The translations under genes and the position numbers were made by a program. Positions 51,766-60,923 of a stretch of 64,000 bases of DNA are shown here, piece after piece. This DNA comes from an uncultured delta proteobacterium (GTDB lineage: Bacteria; Desulfobacterota; Desulfomonilia; UBA1062): positions 128,001 to 192,000 of the forward strand of contig CAVVYZ010000013.1 of the NCBI GenBank assembly GCA_963752595.1. The letters are read 5' to 3'. The notes below the pieces were generated by a model. It ran no database searches, had not been told where the DNA came from, and saw only the letters and a list, made by a program, of their open reading frames with translations. Every line of letters starts with the position of its first letter. The stretch's first letter is position 1.

Positions 51766-53325
51766 TTACTGGGCGATCCACGCGTATCGGATATATGCTC
51801 GCCCGTTATTGCCCATGAATTTATATCCCTTGACCCTCTTGTTCACAAATTCATTTCGGCTCTCCATCGCATACGGGAAGATGCCGGATACATCTTCCGC
51901 CATCTTGTATTGCAGCTCCCTGAAATACTTCTTGCTCTTTTCCAGGTCCGGTTCCGTCTGGCAGAGGTCCATCAATTTGTTGATCTCCGGGTTGTTCTGC
52001 CCGGTTTCATTGCTCTTGAGTCCTCCGCGGAAGTAGTCATAAAAATAACCCGCCGCATCCGCGCGCCAACTGCCGGCATAATAGGTGGCCTCATAATCCT
52101 TTGTCCGGCGGACTTTTTGAAAAACCCCCCAATCCATTTGCTGGATTTTGGCTTTGATTCCCACCTTGGACAACTGCTCGACGATGATTTCGGAAGCAGG
52201 AATAAAGTCAGGGCTATGGGGAGAAGTCTTGATCGTGAATTCAAATCCGTTCGGATAGCCGGCTTCCTTGAGGAGTTTCTTGGCCATTTCATAGTCCTGT
52301 TTATAGTAGGGAAGTTTGGCAATCTCTTCCTGGGAAAGGACATAAGGGGTCGTACACGGCGGGATGACGCTGGAAAGCACCCCCTCGCCGGAGAGTACCC
52401 TGTCAATGATGGCCTGCCGATCCAAACTGACCGAGACGGCCTGACGTAATTTCACGTTGTTGAAAGGAAAGCGTTCATGATTCATCCAAAAGCGACCCTG
52501 CCGGGAGGCCAAACTCTTGGCCGCGATGACATTCGGTTCTTTGGCGGCCAGTTTGGCCATGTCAATCGACTTTACCCAGGCGATGTCGTAGGTGCCCCGC
52601 CTGATCCCCGCCAGACGCGAAGCCTCATCCTTGACAACGATAAAATCGAACCCGTCGATATAGGGAATGCCCGGTTCCCAATATTCGTTATTCCGGACGT
52701 AGGTGGCGCTGACGCCGTGTACGTATTCCTTCAATTTAAACGGGCCTGTCCCGATCATGACTTTTTGCAGGGTGCCATGCTTCTGGATCTCCTCTTTGGG
52801 AACGATGGCCGTATTCCGCTCAAATGCGGCAAATTTCAGGAAATCGGGAAAGGTGTCACTGAGTTTGATCCTGACGGTGTACTTATCGATGGCCTCCACA
52901 CTTTTCACCGGTTTCAGCAGCGAGGCGCTCGGGGATCCGGTCTTGGGATCCAGGATCCGATCGTACGAATATTTGACATCCTCCGATGTCATCTCCCGCC
53001 CGTTGTGAAACTTCACCCCTTTTCTCAGATGGAAGATAAAGGTGAGCGGATCCGGCTGTTCCCAGGAGGTGGCCAGGGAGGGTTCCAATTCCATCTTGTC
53101 ATTATAGCGCAGCAGGCACTGATAGACATGCTCGGTAAAGGTAAAGGTGGACATGACGAGCGAGAGATGCGGATCCAGCCCGACAGCCGCATCATCCGTA
53201 GCGACCTTGAGCCAGCCTCCCCGTTTGGGGGTCTGCGCAGACGACAGATCGATCTGGCAGACAAAAATCGATAAGAAGATCGCCAGAATAAAGGCCACGC
53301 ACCGTTTTCCGAGAGGGGACATCAT
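51766..53325 (-). CDS. Peptide/nickel ABC substrate-binding protein (family 5)
   Basis: Signal peptide; PKRGG, GLDPH, LATSW, LRKGVKFHNG, GTGPFK, AKKLLKEAGYPNG. Confidence 0.93.
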   Translation of the reverse strand: MMSPLGKRCVAFILAIFLSIFVCQIDLSSAQTPKRGGWLKVATDDAAVGLDPHLSLVMSTFTFTEHVYQCLLRYNDKMELEPSLATSWEQPDPLTFIFHLRKGVKFHNGREMTSEDVKYSYDRILDPKTGSPSASLLKPVKSVEAIDKYTVRIKLSDTFPDFLKFAAFERNTAIVPKEEIQKHGTLQKVMIGTGPFKLKEYVHGVSATYVRNNEYWEPGIPYIDGFDFIVVKDEASRLAGIRRGTYDIAWVKSIDMAKLAAKEPNVIAAKSLASRQGRFWMNHERFPFNNVKLRQAVSVSLDRQAIIDRVLSGEGVLSSVIPPCTTPYVLSQEEIAKLPYYKQDYEMAKKLLKEAGYPNGFEFTIKTSPHSPDFIPASEIIVEQLSKVGIKAKIQQMDWGVFQKVRRTKDYEATYYAGSWRADAAGYFYDYFRGGLKSNETGQNNPEINKLMDLCQTEPDLEKSKKYFRELQYKMAEDVSGIFPYAMESRNEFVNKRVKGYKFMGNNGRAYIRYAWIAQ

Positions 53326-53464
53326 TTTTTACCTCCTTATAGTCTATGGTAACGTTGATTGGCTCCTTTCGAGGCAGATTTCTTTCCACCTCCTTATCTT
53401 CCAGAACGCCGTTGAATCCTTCAAGGCCAACTGAAAGCGAACGGCTCCTTCCCCCGTTTCCTTT

Positions 53465-54814
53465 TCATCGGCACCAGTTGTAGATCGTCAGGGCAAGTAT
53501 CTTGACATTCTCGATCAGGGGGTCCAGCTGAATCGATTCATCGATCGTATGGGACTGGCTCAATCCTCCCGGGCCGAGGACGACGGAGGGAATCCCGCCC
53601 TGGTTGACAAGATGCCGGCAATCATTCGCTCCGATTCCCGCCATCGTCTCCATCTTTCTTCCGAGCGCCTGCTCTCCCGAAGCCAGGATCGCCGCCACAA
53701 TTTCGGCCTTGGGGTCCATCCGGTGGGCATCATCATGATGGAAGAAAAGGACCTCCGGCGGATGGTTCGTCAGCCACGGATCCTCGCTGGCGGCCTTCAT
53801 CACGTATGCACGAAAAGAGTCCATGACCCCTTTGACCGAACCGATGTCGGGCCCGAAGTAGATGCTGCCCCGGAGGGAACAATCTCCGGCGCTCGCCGTG
53901 TCGTAAGATCCTCCCCAGACCCGTCCGATGTTGAGGGAGAACGGCATCTCGCCGGCGTACAGGTCACTGACCGGCCTCCTGTTCTGATCGGCTTCGAGTT
54001 GCAGGAGGTGCTTGATGATGACGGACAGCTTTTCGATGGCACTGACCCCGTCCTGAACACTCCCGGCCCAGCGGTTCTTGGTGTGCCTCACCTTGCCGGT
54101 CAGATTGATTCCCCAATAGACGCCGCCGTAGGAGCCGATCCGCACCCTGTTTTCCGAAGATTCCAGGGTAATGGCCGCGTCGGCGGTATATCCCCGGGCG
54201 ATACAGGCCAGCGTTCCGTTCCCGGAATGCTCTTCGTTGACCACGCTTTCGAGAATCACGTCCCCCTTCAATTTGATCCCGAGCGCAAGCAGGCACTGTA
54301 CGGCCCCGATGGCGGCGGCGATCCCCCCCTTGTCATCCGACGATCCCCTCCCGTACAGCGTGCCATCGACCGTCTCGGCGCCAAATGGATCGTGCGTCCA
54401 TGCATTCCGGGGCTCGATCGTAACGGTGTCGATGTGGGCATTCAGGATCAGTGAACGCCCCCCTCCCGTTCCTCTCCATATCCCGACCACGTTGGGCCGA
54501 TTGCGGTAATTCAACAGATCGATCATGTTGGAATTGAGCAGGTCCTGATACGTTGGAAGATCGTGGTAGGGCAAAATCAGATCGTGTTCCCAGTGGCTGG
54601 GGTATTGGGCGACCTCCGGATATTTGTTGAAAAGCTCCTCCACGTCGGGTTCCCAGACATCGACATCCAGCTTCATCCCCCTGTATTGCCTGGCGACCAG
54701 TTCCTGCGCCGTTCCTTCCTCCCCGGTCATGCTGGGAATCTTGATCAACGCCCTCAGGAGATCGGTGATCTCATCCCGCTTTTCCTCGACCTTCTTTACA
54801 ATCCTCTCTTCCAT
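53465..54814 (-). CDS. ArgE/DapE family (M20) deacylase
   Basis: RPNVVG, LILNAHIDTV, LYGRGSSDDKGG, VNEE, GPGG..SHTIDE. Confidence 0.9.
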   Translation of the reverse strand: MEERIVKKVEEKRDEITDLLRALIKIPSMTGEEGTAQELVARQYRGMKLDVDVWEPDVEELFNKYPEVAQYPSHWEHDLILPYHDLPTYQDLLNSNMIDLLNYRNRPNVVGIWRGTGGGRSLILNAHIDTVTIEPRNAWTHDPFGAETVDGTLYGRGSSDDKGGIAAAIGAVQCLLALGIKLKGDVILESVVNEEHSGNGTLACIARGYTADAAITLESSENRVRIGSYGGVYWGINLTGKVRHTKNRWAGSVQDGVSAIEKLSVIIKHLLQLEADQNRRPVSDLYAGEMPFSLNIGRVWGGSYDTASAGDCSLRGSIYFGPDIGSVKGVMDSFRAYVMKAASEDPWLTNHPPEVLFFHHDDAHRMDPKAEIVAAILASGEQALGRKMETMAGIGANDCRHLVNQGGIPSVVLGPGGLSQSHTIDESIQLDPLIENVKILALTIYNWCR

Positions 54815-56009
54815 CCAGCGATTCTCCTTCCGGGGTTTTTGAAATTCTCTGGACATTTGACGTTCGGGAAGGGTGCTTCTTCTCCCGCCCCCGGCAGATC
54901 GTCTCAGGCGGCTGCCCCGAATCGGGGAGCGGGAGATTCAACTCAAGGGCGATCTGCTGAAGCTTTTTCCATGTCTGCGGGAGAACGGGGACCTTTCCCT
55001 TCCGATTCTTCTGCTTCGCCAAGGCCTCCGGTTCACCAGGGATAAAGATCTCCTCGACCCCCGGCTCCCGGGGCGAACATTTCACTTCCTCGATCAGCAA
55101 CTCCAAATCCCTGTCAAAGTCATCCCGTGGTCGGAATCCGGAAACTTTCATCGCGCCGAAGAAGTGGCCGATGTTCGCCTCGACCTCCTTCTTGGAGGCC
55201 GAAAGCCTGCGGCCGGAATGCGCCCCTGACAGGGGCCCGCACAGGATGTCCACCAGCAGACCTAAACCGTACCCCTTGTAGCCGCCTGTTTCCGCTCTTC
55301 CCCCCAGGGGACAGTGAAGGACAGACATGGGGACGACCCCTTCCTCGTCGAGGAACGGCTTGACCGACGGGTAGACCCATCCCTCGGGAACATCAACCCC
55401 TTTCCGCACGGCCACATCGAGTTTTCCGCTGGATACCGCGCTGGTCGCCATATCCAGGATGAAGGGCGGCTTCGTCCTCCTCGGGACAGCGGCACTGATC
55501 GGGTTGGTTCCCAGGATTCCGGTTGTTCCTCCCGTGGGTACAACCCGCGGGGATGCATTGGTCATGGTTATGCCGATCATATTCTCGGCCAGCGCCATGG
55601 AGGAGTAGTATCCGGCGATGCCGAAATGGTTGCTTCTGGAAACCGCCAGAAATGCCGAACCAAATTCTGCCGCTCGGGACAAGCAGGCCTGCATGGCCCG
55701 GTGACCCACGACCATTCCGAGGCCGTTCCCTCCGTCACAGCATCCTGTCGTCGGGGTTACCCAGGTGATATCGATCTGGGGTTTCGTCTCTATGAGGCCC
55801 TTGCGGATTCTCGTGTACGTGGGGAACAATCTGGAGACCCCGTGGCAATCAAAACCTCTCAGATCCGCCTCTATCAGAACGTCCGCCGCAATCCAGGCAT
55901 CCTCCTCCGAAACTCCCAGCTCCTCGAATACCTTTTGGGTGAATTTGCGAAGCCATTCGATCCCGAAAAAGACAGGTTCGAAAGTCACGTGTATATTCCC
56001 CTCTTTCAA
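54771..56009 (-). CDS. Ldh_2 family oxidoreductase (AllD/ComC/DpkA-like); 3' end may be extended by an indel
   Basis: ADLRGFDCHGV, DGGNGLG, SNHFGIAGYY, LGTNPI, LDMATSA, GYKGYGL, IPGE. Confidence 0.9.
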   Translation of the reverse strand: MKEGNIHVTFEPVFFGIEWLRKFTQKVFEELGVSEEDAWIAADVLIEADLRGFDCHGVSRLFPTYTRIRKGLIETKPQIDITWVTPTTGCCDGGNGLGMVVGHRAMQACLSRAAEFGSAFLAVSRSNHFGIAGYYSSMALAENMIGITMTNASPRVVPTGGTTGILGTNPISAAVPRRTKPPFILDMATSAVSSGKLDVAVRKGVDVPEGWVYPSVKPFLDEEGVVPMSVLHCPLGGRAETGGYKGYGLGLLVDILCGPLSGAHSGRRLSASKKEVEANIGHFFGAMKVSGFRPRDDFDRDLELLIEEVKCSPREPGVEEIFIPGEPEALAKQKNRKGKVPVLPQTWKKLQQIALELNLPLPDSGQPPETICRGREKKHPSRTSNVQRISKTPEGESLDGREDCKEGRGKAG

Positions 56010-56478
56010 GCTTCTTTTAACACACTGAACGGTAAAAAGCCGATACCATTAACCACTACCCGTGTCAACCCGAAGTTTTTTATCACCGTGATAAGAAAAA
56101 TGAATGACCTTTGAATGGTTTATTTTTGGTAAGAACTTGCTTTTGGGTGCGTTGAAAATACTTTTGTCAGTCATGAATGTCAAGGAGATTTCGGCGTAAT
56201 ATACTCTGGCGAGAAACGAGACGGCGATATCTTTTTCCCAAATTTATGTCAGCAGGATGCAAGCGAAACCACTATGCAGGTTACGGAAGTCCAAATACCG
56301 GTAGATGACCTTCCAAAGATTATAGAGGTAAGAATCCGAGGGATCGCTCAAACCGCTCTTCGTACTCTTAGAGGAAGGATTCAAGTGGATCCTCGATACA
56401 GCAGCAATAAACTGGTTGCCTGCGGATATCGCGGGCGATAAACGGCGGCTGGAACAGCCTGGTCCTTCGTCGTCGAGG

Positions 56479-56508
56479 AAAACGGGCCGTCTCTTATAGG
56501 CCGTTTTT
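56479..56508 (+). terminator. Probable intrinsic terminator hairpin
   Basis: AAAACGGGCC-loop-GGCCGTTTTT. Confidence 0.5.
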
Positions 56509-56649
56509 ATCAAGATAAAAAGTAAAGGAATAGGGCTTTACGCCGCCTACGCAATCTGTTAATGACTCCTTTATTGACCCTTCACAATACGTTGGGATAA
56601 CACCGTTTTAATAGGGGCGGGAAAGCCGCCATAGCGAATAGAGGAGATC

Positions 56650-57936
56650 ATGAAAACCATACGGACCAGCGACGCCGAATTTGAGAGTTGTTTCAATCAG
56701 ATCCGTGAACGGGGCCGGGTCTTCGATCCCGAACTCTGGGCCTCCGTCGGACGGATTGTTGAAGACGTGGCCCTGCGGGGGGATGAGGCCCTTTTTGCCT
56801 ATACCGCAAAGTGGGACGGGCATGCCATCACCGCCGCGACGGTCGAGGCCTCTGTAGAAGAGAGGAAGGAGGCGGCGGCGCGGATGGATCCGGAAGACCT
56901 GGAGATCCTCCGTCTGGCCGCCAGGAGAATCGAGCGGTTCCATCAGCGGCAGCGCCAGGAGGGATGGTCGGTGAAGGACGAAGAAGGGATAGAACTCGGT
57001 CAATCCCTCCTCCCTCTCTCCCGCGTCGGCATCTATGCGCCGGGAGGGCTGGCCTGCTATCCCTCTACGGTCCTCATGACGGCGATTCCGGCCCGGATCG
57101 CAGGCGTGGGAGAGATCATCCTGGTGACGCCGTCCCGTGACGGGCAATTGCACCCCCTGATCGCCGCAGCCGCAGAGCTGGGAGGGGTGACCCGGATCTT
57201 CAAGGTCGGCGGCGCCCAGGCGATCGCGGCCCTGGCCTTCGGCACCGCATCGGTCCCCCGCGTCGACAAGATCGTCGGTCCGGGTAACGCCTACGTGGCG
57301 GCCGCCAAGAAGATGGTCTTCGGCCGGGTGGCGATCGACATGATCGCCGGACCCAGCGAGGTGCTCATCATCGCGGACGGGACGGGCGATGCCGCCTTTG
57401 CCGCCGCCGATATGCTGGCGCAGGCCGAACACGACGAGACGGCGAGCGCCGTCCTGCTGACGCCGGATGCGGCCTTTGCCGAGGCCGTGGCTTCTGAGGT
57501 GGCAAGGCAACTGGAGGGCCTGACGCGCAAGGGCATCGCCTCCCGCTCGCTTGCGGCCTTCGGCGCCGCGGTCGTCACGCGGGACCTCGCCGAAGCGGTC
57601 GCCCTGGCCAATCGTTTCGCGCCGGAGCACCTCGAACTGATGGTGCAAAATCCCCGGCAGCTCCTTGCGGAGATCAGGAATGCGGGCGCGGTCTTTTTGG
57701 GGATGTATACCCCGGAGGCGCTGGGCGATTACATGGCGGGACCCAATCATGTCCTGCCGACCGGGGGGACGGCCCGCTTCGCTTCCCCCTTGGGTGTCTA
57801 TGATTTCGTCAAGCGGACCAGCATTCTCTCTTTTACACGGGAGGCGCTTCTGAGATACGGGGCGCAGACTGCCCGTTTTACAGACCTGGAGGGTCTTGAC
57901 GGCCACGGGAAATCGGTCCGGCTGCGTATGGAATGA
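56650..57936 (+). CDS. hisD: Histidinol dehydrogenase
   Basis: GIYAPGG, VGGAQAIAALA, DKIVGPGNAYV, DMIAGPSE, QAEHD, APEHLE, GDYMAGPNHVLPT. Confidence 0.97.
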   Translation: MKTIRTSDAEFESCFNQIRERGRVFDPELWASVGRIVEDVALRGDEALFAYTAKWDGHAITAATVEASVEERKEAAARMDPEDLEILRLAARRIERFHQRQRQEGWSVKDEEGIELGQSLLPLSRVGIYAPGGLACYPSTVLMTAIPARIAGVGEIILVTPSRDGQLHPLIAAAAELGGVTRIFKVGGAQAIAALAFGTASVPRVDKIVGPGNAYVAAAKKMVFGRVAIDMIAGPSEVLIIADGTGDAAFAAADMLAQAEHDETASAVLLTPDAAFAEAVASEVARQLEGLTRKGIASRSLAAFGAAVVTRDLAEAVALANRFAPEHLELMVQNPRQLLAEIRNAGAVFLGMYTPEALGDYMAGPNHVLPTGGTARFASPLGVYDFVKRTSILSFTREALLRYGAQTARFTDLEGLDGHGKSVRLRME

Positions 57937-58111
57937 ATCCGGCAGAGGGCCTTCGGTCTTTACCGGGACCGGAACGGCCCTGACACATTTTCAATGTTCC
58001 CCGCGAATCTTGCCGCCTATAAGGCTGGGCTTGTCAGGCTCACACTGTCTGTAGTAATTCCCACTACCGGACGCGCCAACAGCCGTTGACCGGGGTGCCG
58101 GAGAGGCCGCT

Positions 58112-59815
58112 CTATCCCCGGTCCCATCCTCCCCGGGACCGCAACTCCTGCACCACCTGCGCGGCCCTCTCCCTGAGGGTGAGATAATCGGTCTTGGCCA
58201 CCCGGTTGAGCGGGATCTCGCCCATTTTGAGGATCACCACGTGGGACGGGCGGGAATAGGCGGAGATGTCCTCGCAGGCGGCGATGACCTCTTCGGGCGT
58301 GAGGGTCTGACCGTCCAGGCATTCCACGAAGGCCATGATCCCCTCGCTGAAGACCTCGTGCTCCACGCCGACGACGGACACCAGGGCGACCTTGTCCTTG
58401 AGCTTCGCATGGATGTGGCGTTCGACGTCCTCCGGGAAGACCTGATACCCCTTCGGCTTGATGACGAGCTTGGCCCGGCCGGAGAAGTGAAGCCCCTTGT
58501 CATCGTATGTGCCGACGTCGCCCGTATAGCAGATCCCCTCTTTCGAGACGGTCTTTGCCGTATTCTCCGGGTCCCCCAGATAACCGAGGAAGACCTGGGG
58601 ACCGGAGAAGCAGATCTCCCCGACCTCTCCTGCGGGTTTCTCCGCACCGGCGGTCCCGTCGGAATTCATGAGATGGCGGATGGTGAGGGGGCAAAGGGGG
58701 GAGTCATAGCCGATCCCCTGGGCGAGCTCGTCCACATCGGCGTCCACATTCGTGTAAGTACAGAATCCCGCCGTTTCCGTGAGCCCCAGGCCCGTTCCGA
58801 TCCGGGGGGCCATCGCCTTCATCTTCACCAGGAACTCCCGGGGCACCGCCTGGCCGCCGTAAATGGCGAAGCGGAGGCTGGACAGGTCGTACTTCGGATA
58901 ATCGGGGAGACGCCATTCCATGTTGAACAGGGCCGGGATCTGGCCGATGATGGTGACCCGGTGTTTCTCAACCGCCTCCAGGGAGAGCTTCGGGTCGAAG
59001 ATGTGAAGGATGACCGCGACACCGCCGCCGAAGAGGATCGTCCCGAGCTGCTCCGTCGTGCAGCCCACATGGGAAGGGGGAAGGTTGATCAGCATCCGGT
59101 CGGACATCTCCAGCTCAAAGCCTTCGCTCAGGGAGATGTTCTGGATCAGGATGTTCTCATGGCACAGAAGCGCCGGCTTCGGGGAGCCGGTGGAGCCTGT
59201 AGTGAAGATGATGAGTGCCGCATCCCGCTTGCCGACTTGACGCCGCGCCTTCTTCACCCGGCCGGTGAGGAGGTTCAGGAGAAACACCTTCTTGATGTCC
59301 TTGACGAATTCCGTGATCCCCACGGCGCCGTCCATGATCAGGTCCGCCTCTTTCTGGAACTGCACCCAGTGCCGGATAGTGGGGCAGGAGGCCATCACTT
59401 CCCTGATGATCGGCCGGAAGTCGGCGACCGGCGTCTTTCCCAGGAAGAAATAGGCCTTCGGTTTCATCTTCCCCATGCAGGTGATGATCTCCTTGGCCTT
59501 CAGGCGCAGGTCCAGGGGGGCGATGATGATGCCGACGCGGTAACAGGCGTAGATGAGATAGACATGTTCCTTCAGGAGCGGCAGGCTTGTGGCGATGATG
59601 TCCCCTTTGACAAGCCCGATGGAGAGGAGCTTGGCCGCAAAGGCCGAGACGGAGGTGTTGAATTTTTTCCAGGTGACCGTCTCGCCGGTGTTGTGTTCGA
59701 TGATCGCCGTTTCTTTGGGCCGCTGATCGGCGTAAAGGGAGATATAATCGGCGATGTTCGGAAGGAGGGATGCATACATCTCACGGCAGCGTTCGTCTTT
59801 CTGATGATCCTTCAT
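58112..59815 (-). CDS. Class I adenylate-forming enzyme (acyl-CoA synthetase family)
   Basis: FTTGSTGSPK, GLGLTETAG, YTGDVG, GRAK, GYQVFPEDVE; ATG 59815 after GGAGG. Confidence 0.9.
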   Translation of the reverse strand: MKDHQKDERCREMYASLLPNIADYISLYADQRPKETAIIEHNTGETVTWKKFNTSVSAFAAKLLSIGLVKGDIIATSLPLLKEHVYLIYACYRVGIIIAPLDLRLKAKEIITCMGKMKPKAYFFLGKTPVADFRPIIREVMASCPTIRHWVQFQKEADLIMDGAVGITEFVKDIKKVFLLNLLTGRVKKARRQVGKRDAALIIFTTGSTGSPKPALLCHENILIQNISLSEGFELEMSDRMLINLPPSHVGCTTEQLGTILFGGGVAVILHIFDPKLSLEAVEKHRVTIIGQIPALFNMEWRLPDYPKYDLSSLRFAIYGGQAVPREFLVKMKAMAPRIGTGLGLTETAGFCTYTNVDADVDELAQGIGYDSPLCPLTIRHLMNSDGTAGAEKPAGEVGEICFSGPQVFLGYLGDPENTAKTVSKEGICYTGDVGTYDDKGLHFSGRAKLVIKPKGYQVFPEDVERHIHAKLKDKVALVSVVGVEHEVFSEGIMAFVECLDGQTLTPEEVIAACEDISAYSRPSHVVILKMGEIPLNRVAKTDYLTLRERAAQVVQELRSRGGWDRG

Positions 59816-60010
59816 GGCGGTGGCCTCCTGATGGGGTTGAAAGGGAACGAGAATCGAGTCCCTGAAGTACCGGAAAATGTGTTCTTGTGTCAAGGAATAT
59901 CAGCGGTACCAGAGCCCATTCATCGATCTTCCCACTGCTGTTCAGTGATTAGGTATACAGGCAAAGGGTGAGGGGTGATATTTCCCCTCCGGCCCCAACG
60001 CCGGTCTTTT

Positions 60011-60406
60011 TCAGGGGCGATTGACAGACCTGATGACAAGCCAGACGGTGAGCGCCGCCGCGAGGATCCAGATCAGGACGATCACCGCGGCCGCGATCAT
60101 CCCCGCCCGCGTTGCTTGTCCCACGATCGTCTCCGATTTCTGACGGCACTCCGCAAGGATCTCCGGCGGGATCATCCGGATGACGAGCATGATCCCCAGC
60201 GGGATGAGGATCAGGTCGTCCAGGTATCCCAGAACGGGGATGAAATCCGGGATCAGGTCGATCGGGGAGAGGGCATAGCCGACGACGAGGAGGGCAAGGG
60301 CCTTCGCATACCAGGAAACACCCGGGTGGCGGCAGGCCAGATAGAGGGCGAAGGTCTCCTTCTTCAGGGCCTTCACACGCTCCTTCCAGGGACCTGACGA
60401 TCTCAT
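60011..60406 (-). CDS. YkvA/DUF1232 family membrane protein
   Basis: YALSPIDLIPDFIPVLGYLDD. Confidence 0.92.
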   Translation of the reverse strand: MRSSGPWKERVKALKKETFALYLACRHPGVSWYAKALALLVVGYALSPIDLIPDFIPVLGYLDDLILIPLGIMLVIRMIPPEILAECRQKSETIVGQATRAGMIAAAVIVLIWILAAALTVWLVIRSVNRP

Positions 60407-60869
60407 GAGGGGTTCTCCGGTTCCGTCCTATGCGACAGGGATTTGATTGACGCGGGATGAGAATGCCTTGGTTGTTTTAACGCAGTCATGGTGCTTCCCA
60501 CAGCAATACGACGATGATAAACCCCGGCGCCAGCGGATATCGAATTTTCAAAGGATGAATTTCCGATCATGGCTTCGGGCTGAGCGATTTATGCAAAAAC
60601 ATTGTGGTGCAGTATTGCATTTTTGGGGTCTTATGTCTATTTTTTATAGGCTTCGATCCATTTCTTGACGAGTCGCCCGCCTGCTGCTGATAGGCCCTGA
60701 TCTTCGAACGGATGGATTCGGGAAGATTTATTCCGATGGATTTGATGATAAAAAAGGTGTGATTTATTGAAAATTATGCGACAGTAATATCAATGAAGGT
60801 CAACGCATATAAAGGATAACCCTTTTTTTAACCCCTAACGTATAGGGGAAATTGGGCGGAATTATTGGG

Positions 60870-60908
60870 ACCCCGTTTCTCGTCATTGAAGAAACGGGGT
60901 TTTTGTTT
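60870..60908 (+). terminator. Intrinsic terminator in the 5' leader of the glucan synthase gene
   Basis: 11-bp perfect stem ACCCCGTTTCT/AGAAACGGGGT followed by TTTTGTTT, directly before RBS AGGAG. Confidence 0.75.
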
Positions 60909-60923
60909 AGGAGTCCTACTGCC

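Noticed and set aside
56126-56141. Sigma-54 promoter TGGTAAGAACTTGC (similar case at ~2052-2068 on the minus strand)
   Set aside because: GG-to-GC spacing is 9 nt, not the required 10
56521-56575. Fluoride riboswitch (ATGACTCCT matches its 3' motif)
   Set aside because: The 5' GGNGATGGNGT element and P1 stem are missing, and hisD is not a typical target
57939-58085. Hairpins between hisD and the acyl-CoA ligase as an ncRNA
   Set aside because: Short imperfect stems between convergent genes; no recognisable family; may simply be terminators
58241-59971. Long antisense ORFs (576 aa here; also 40869-42389, 56608-57906, 61477-62781)
   Set aside because: Shadow frames of GC-rich real genes on the opposite strand, with no recognisable motifs
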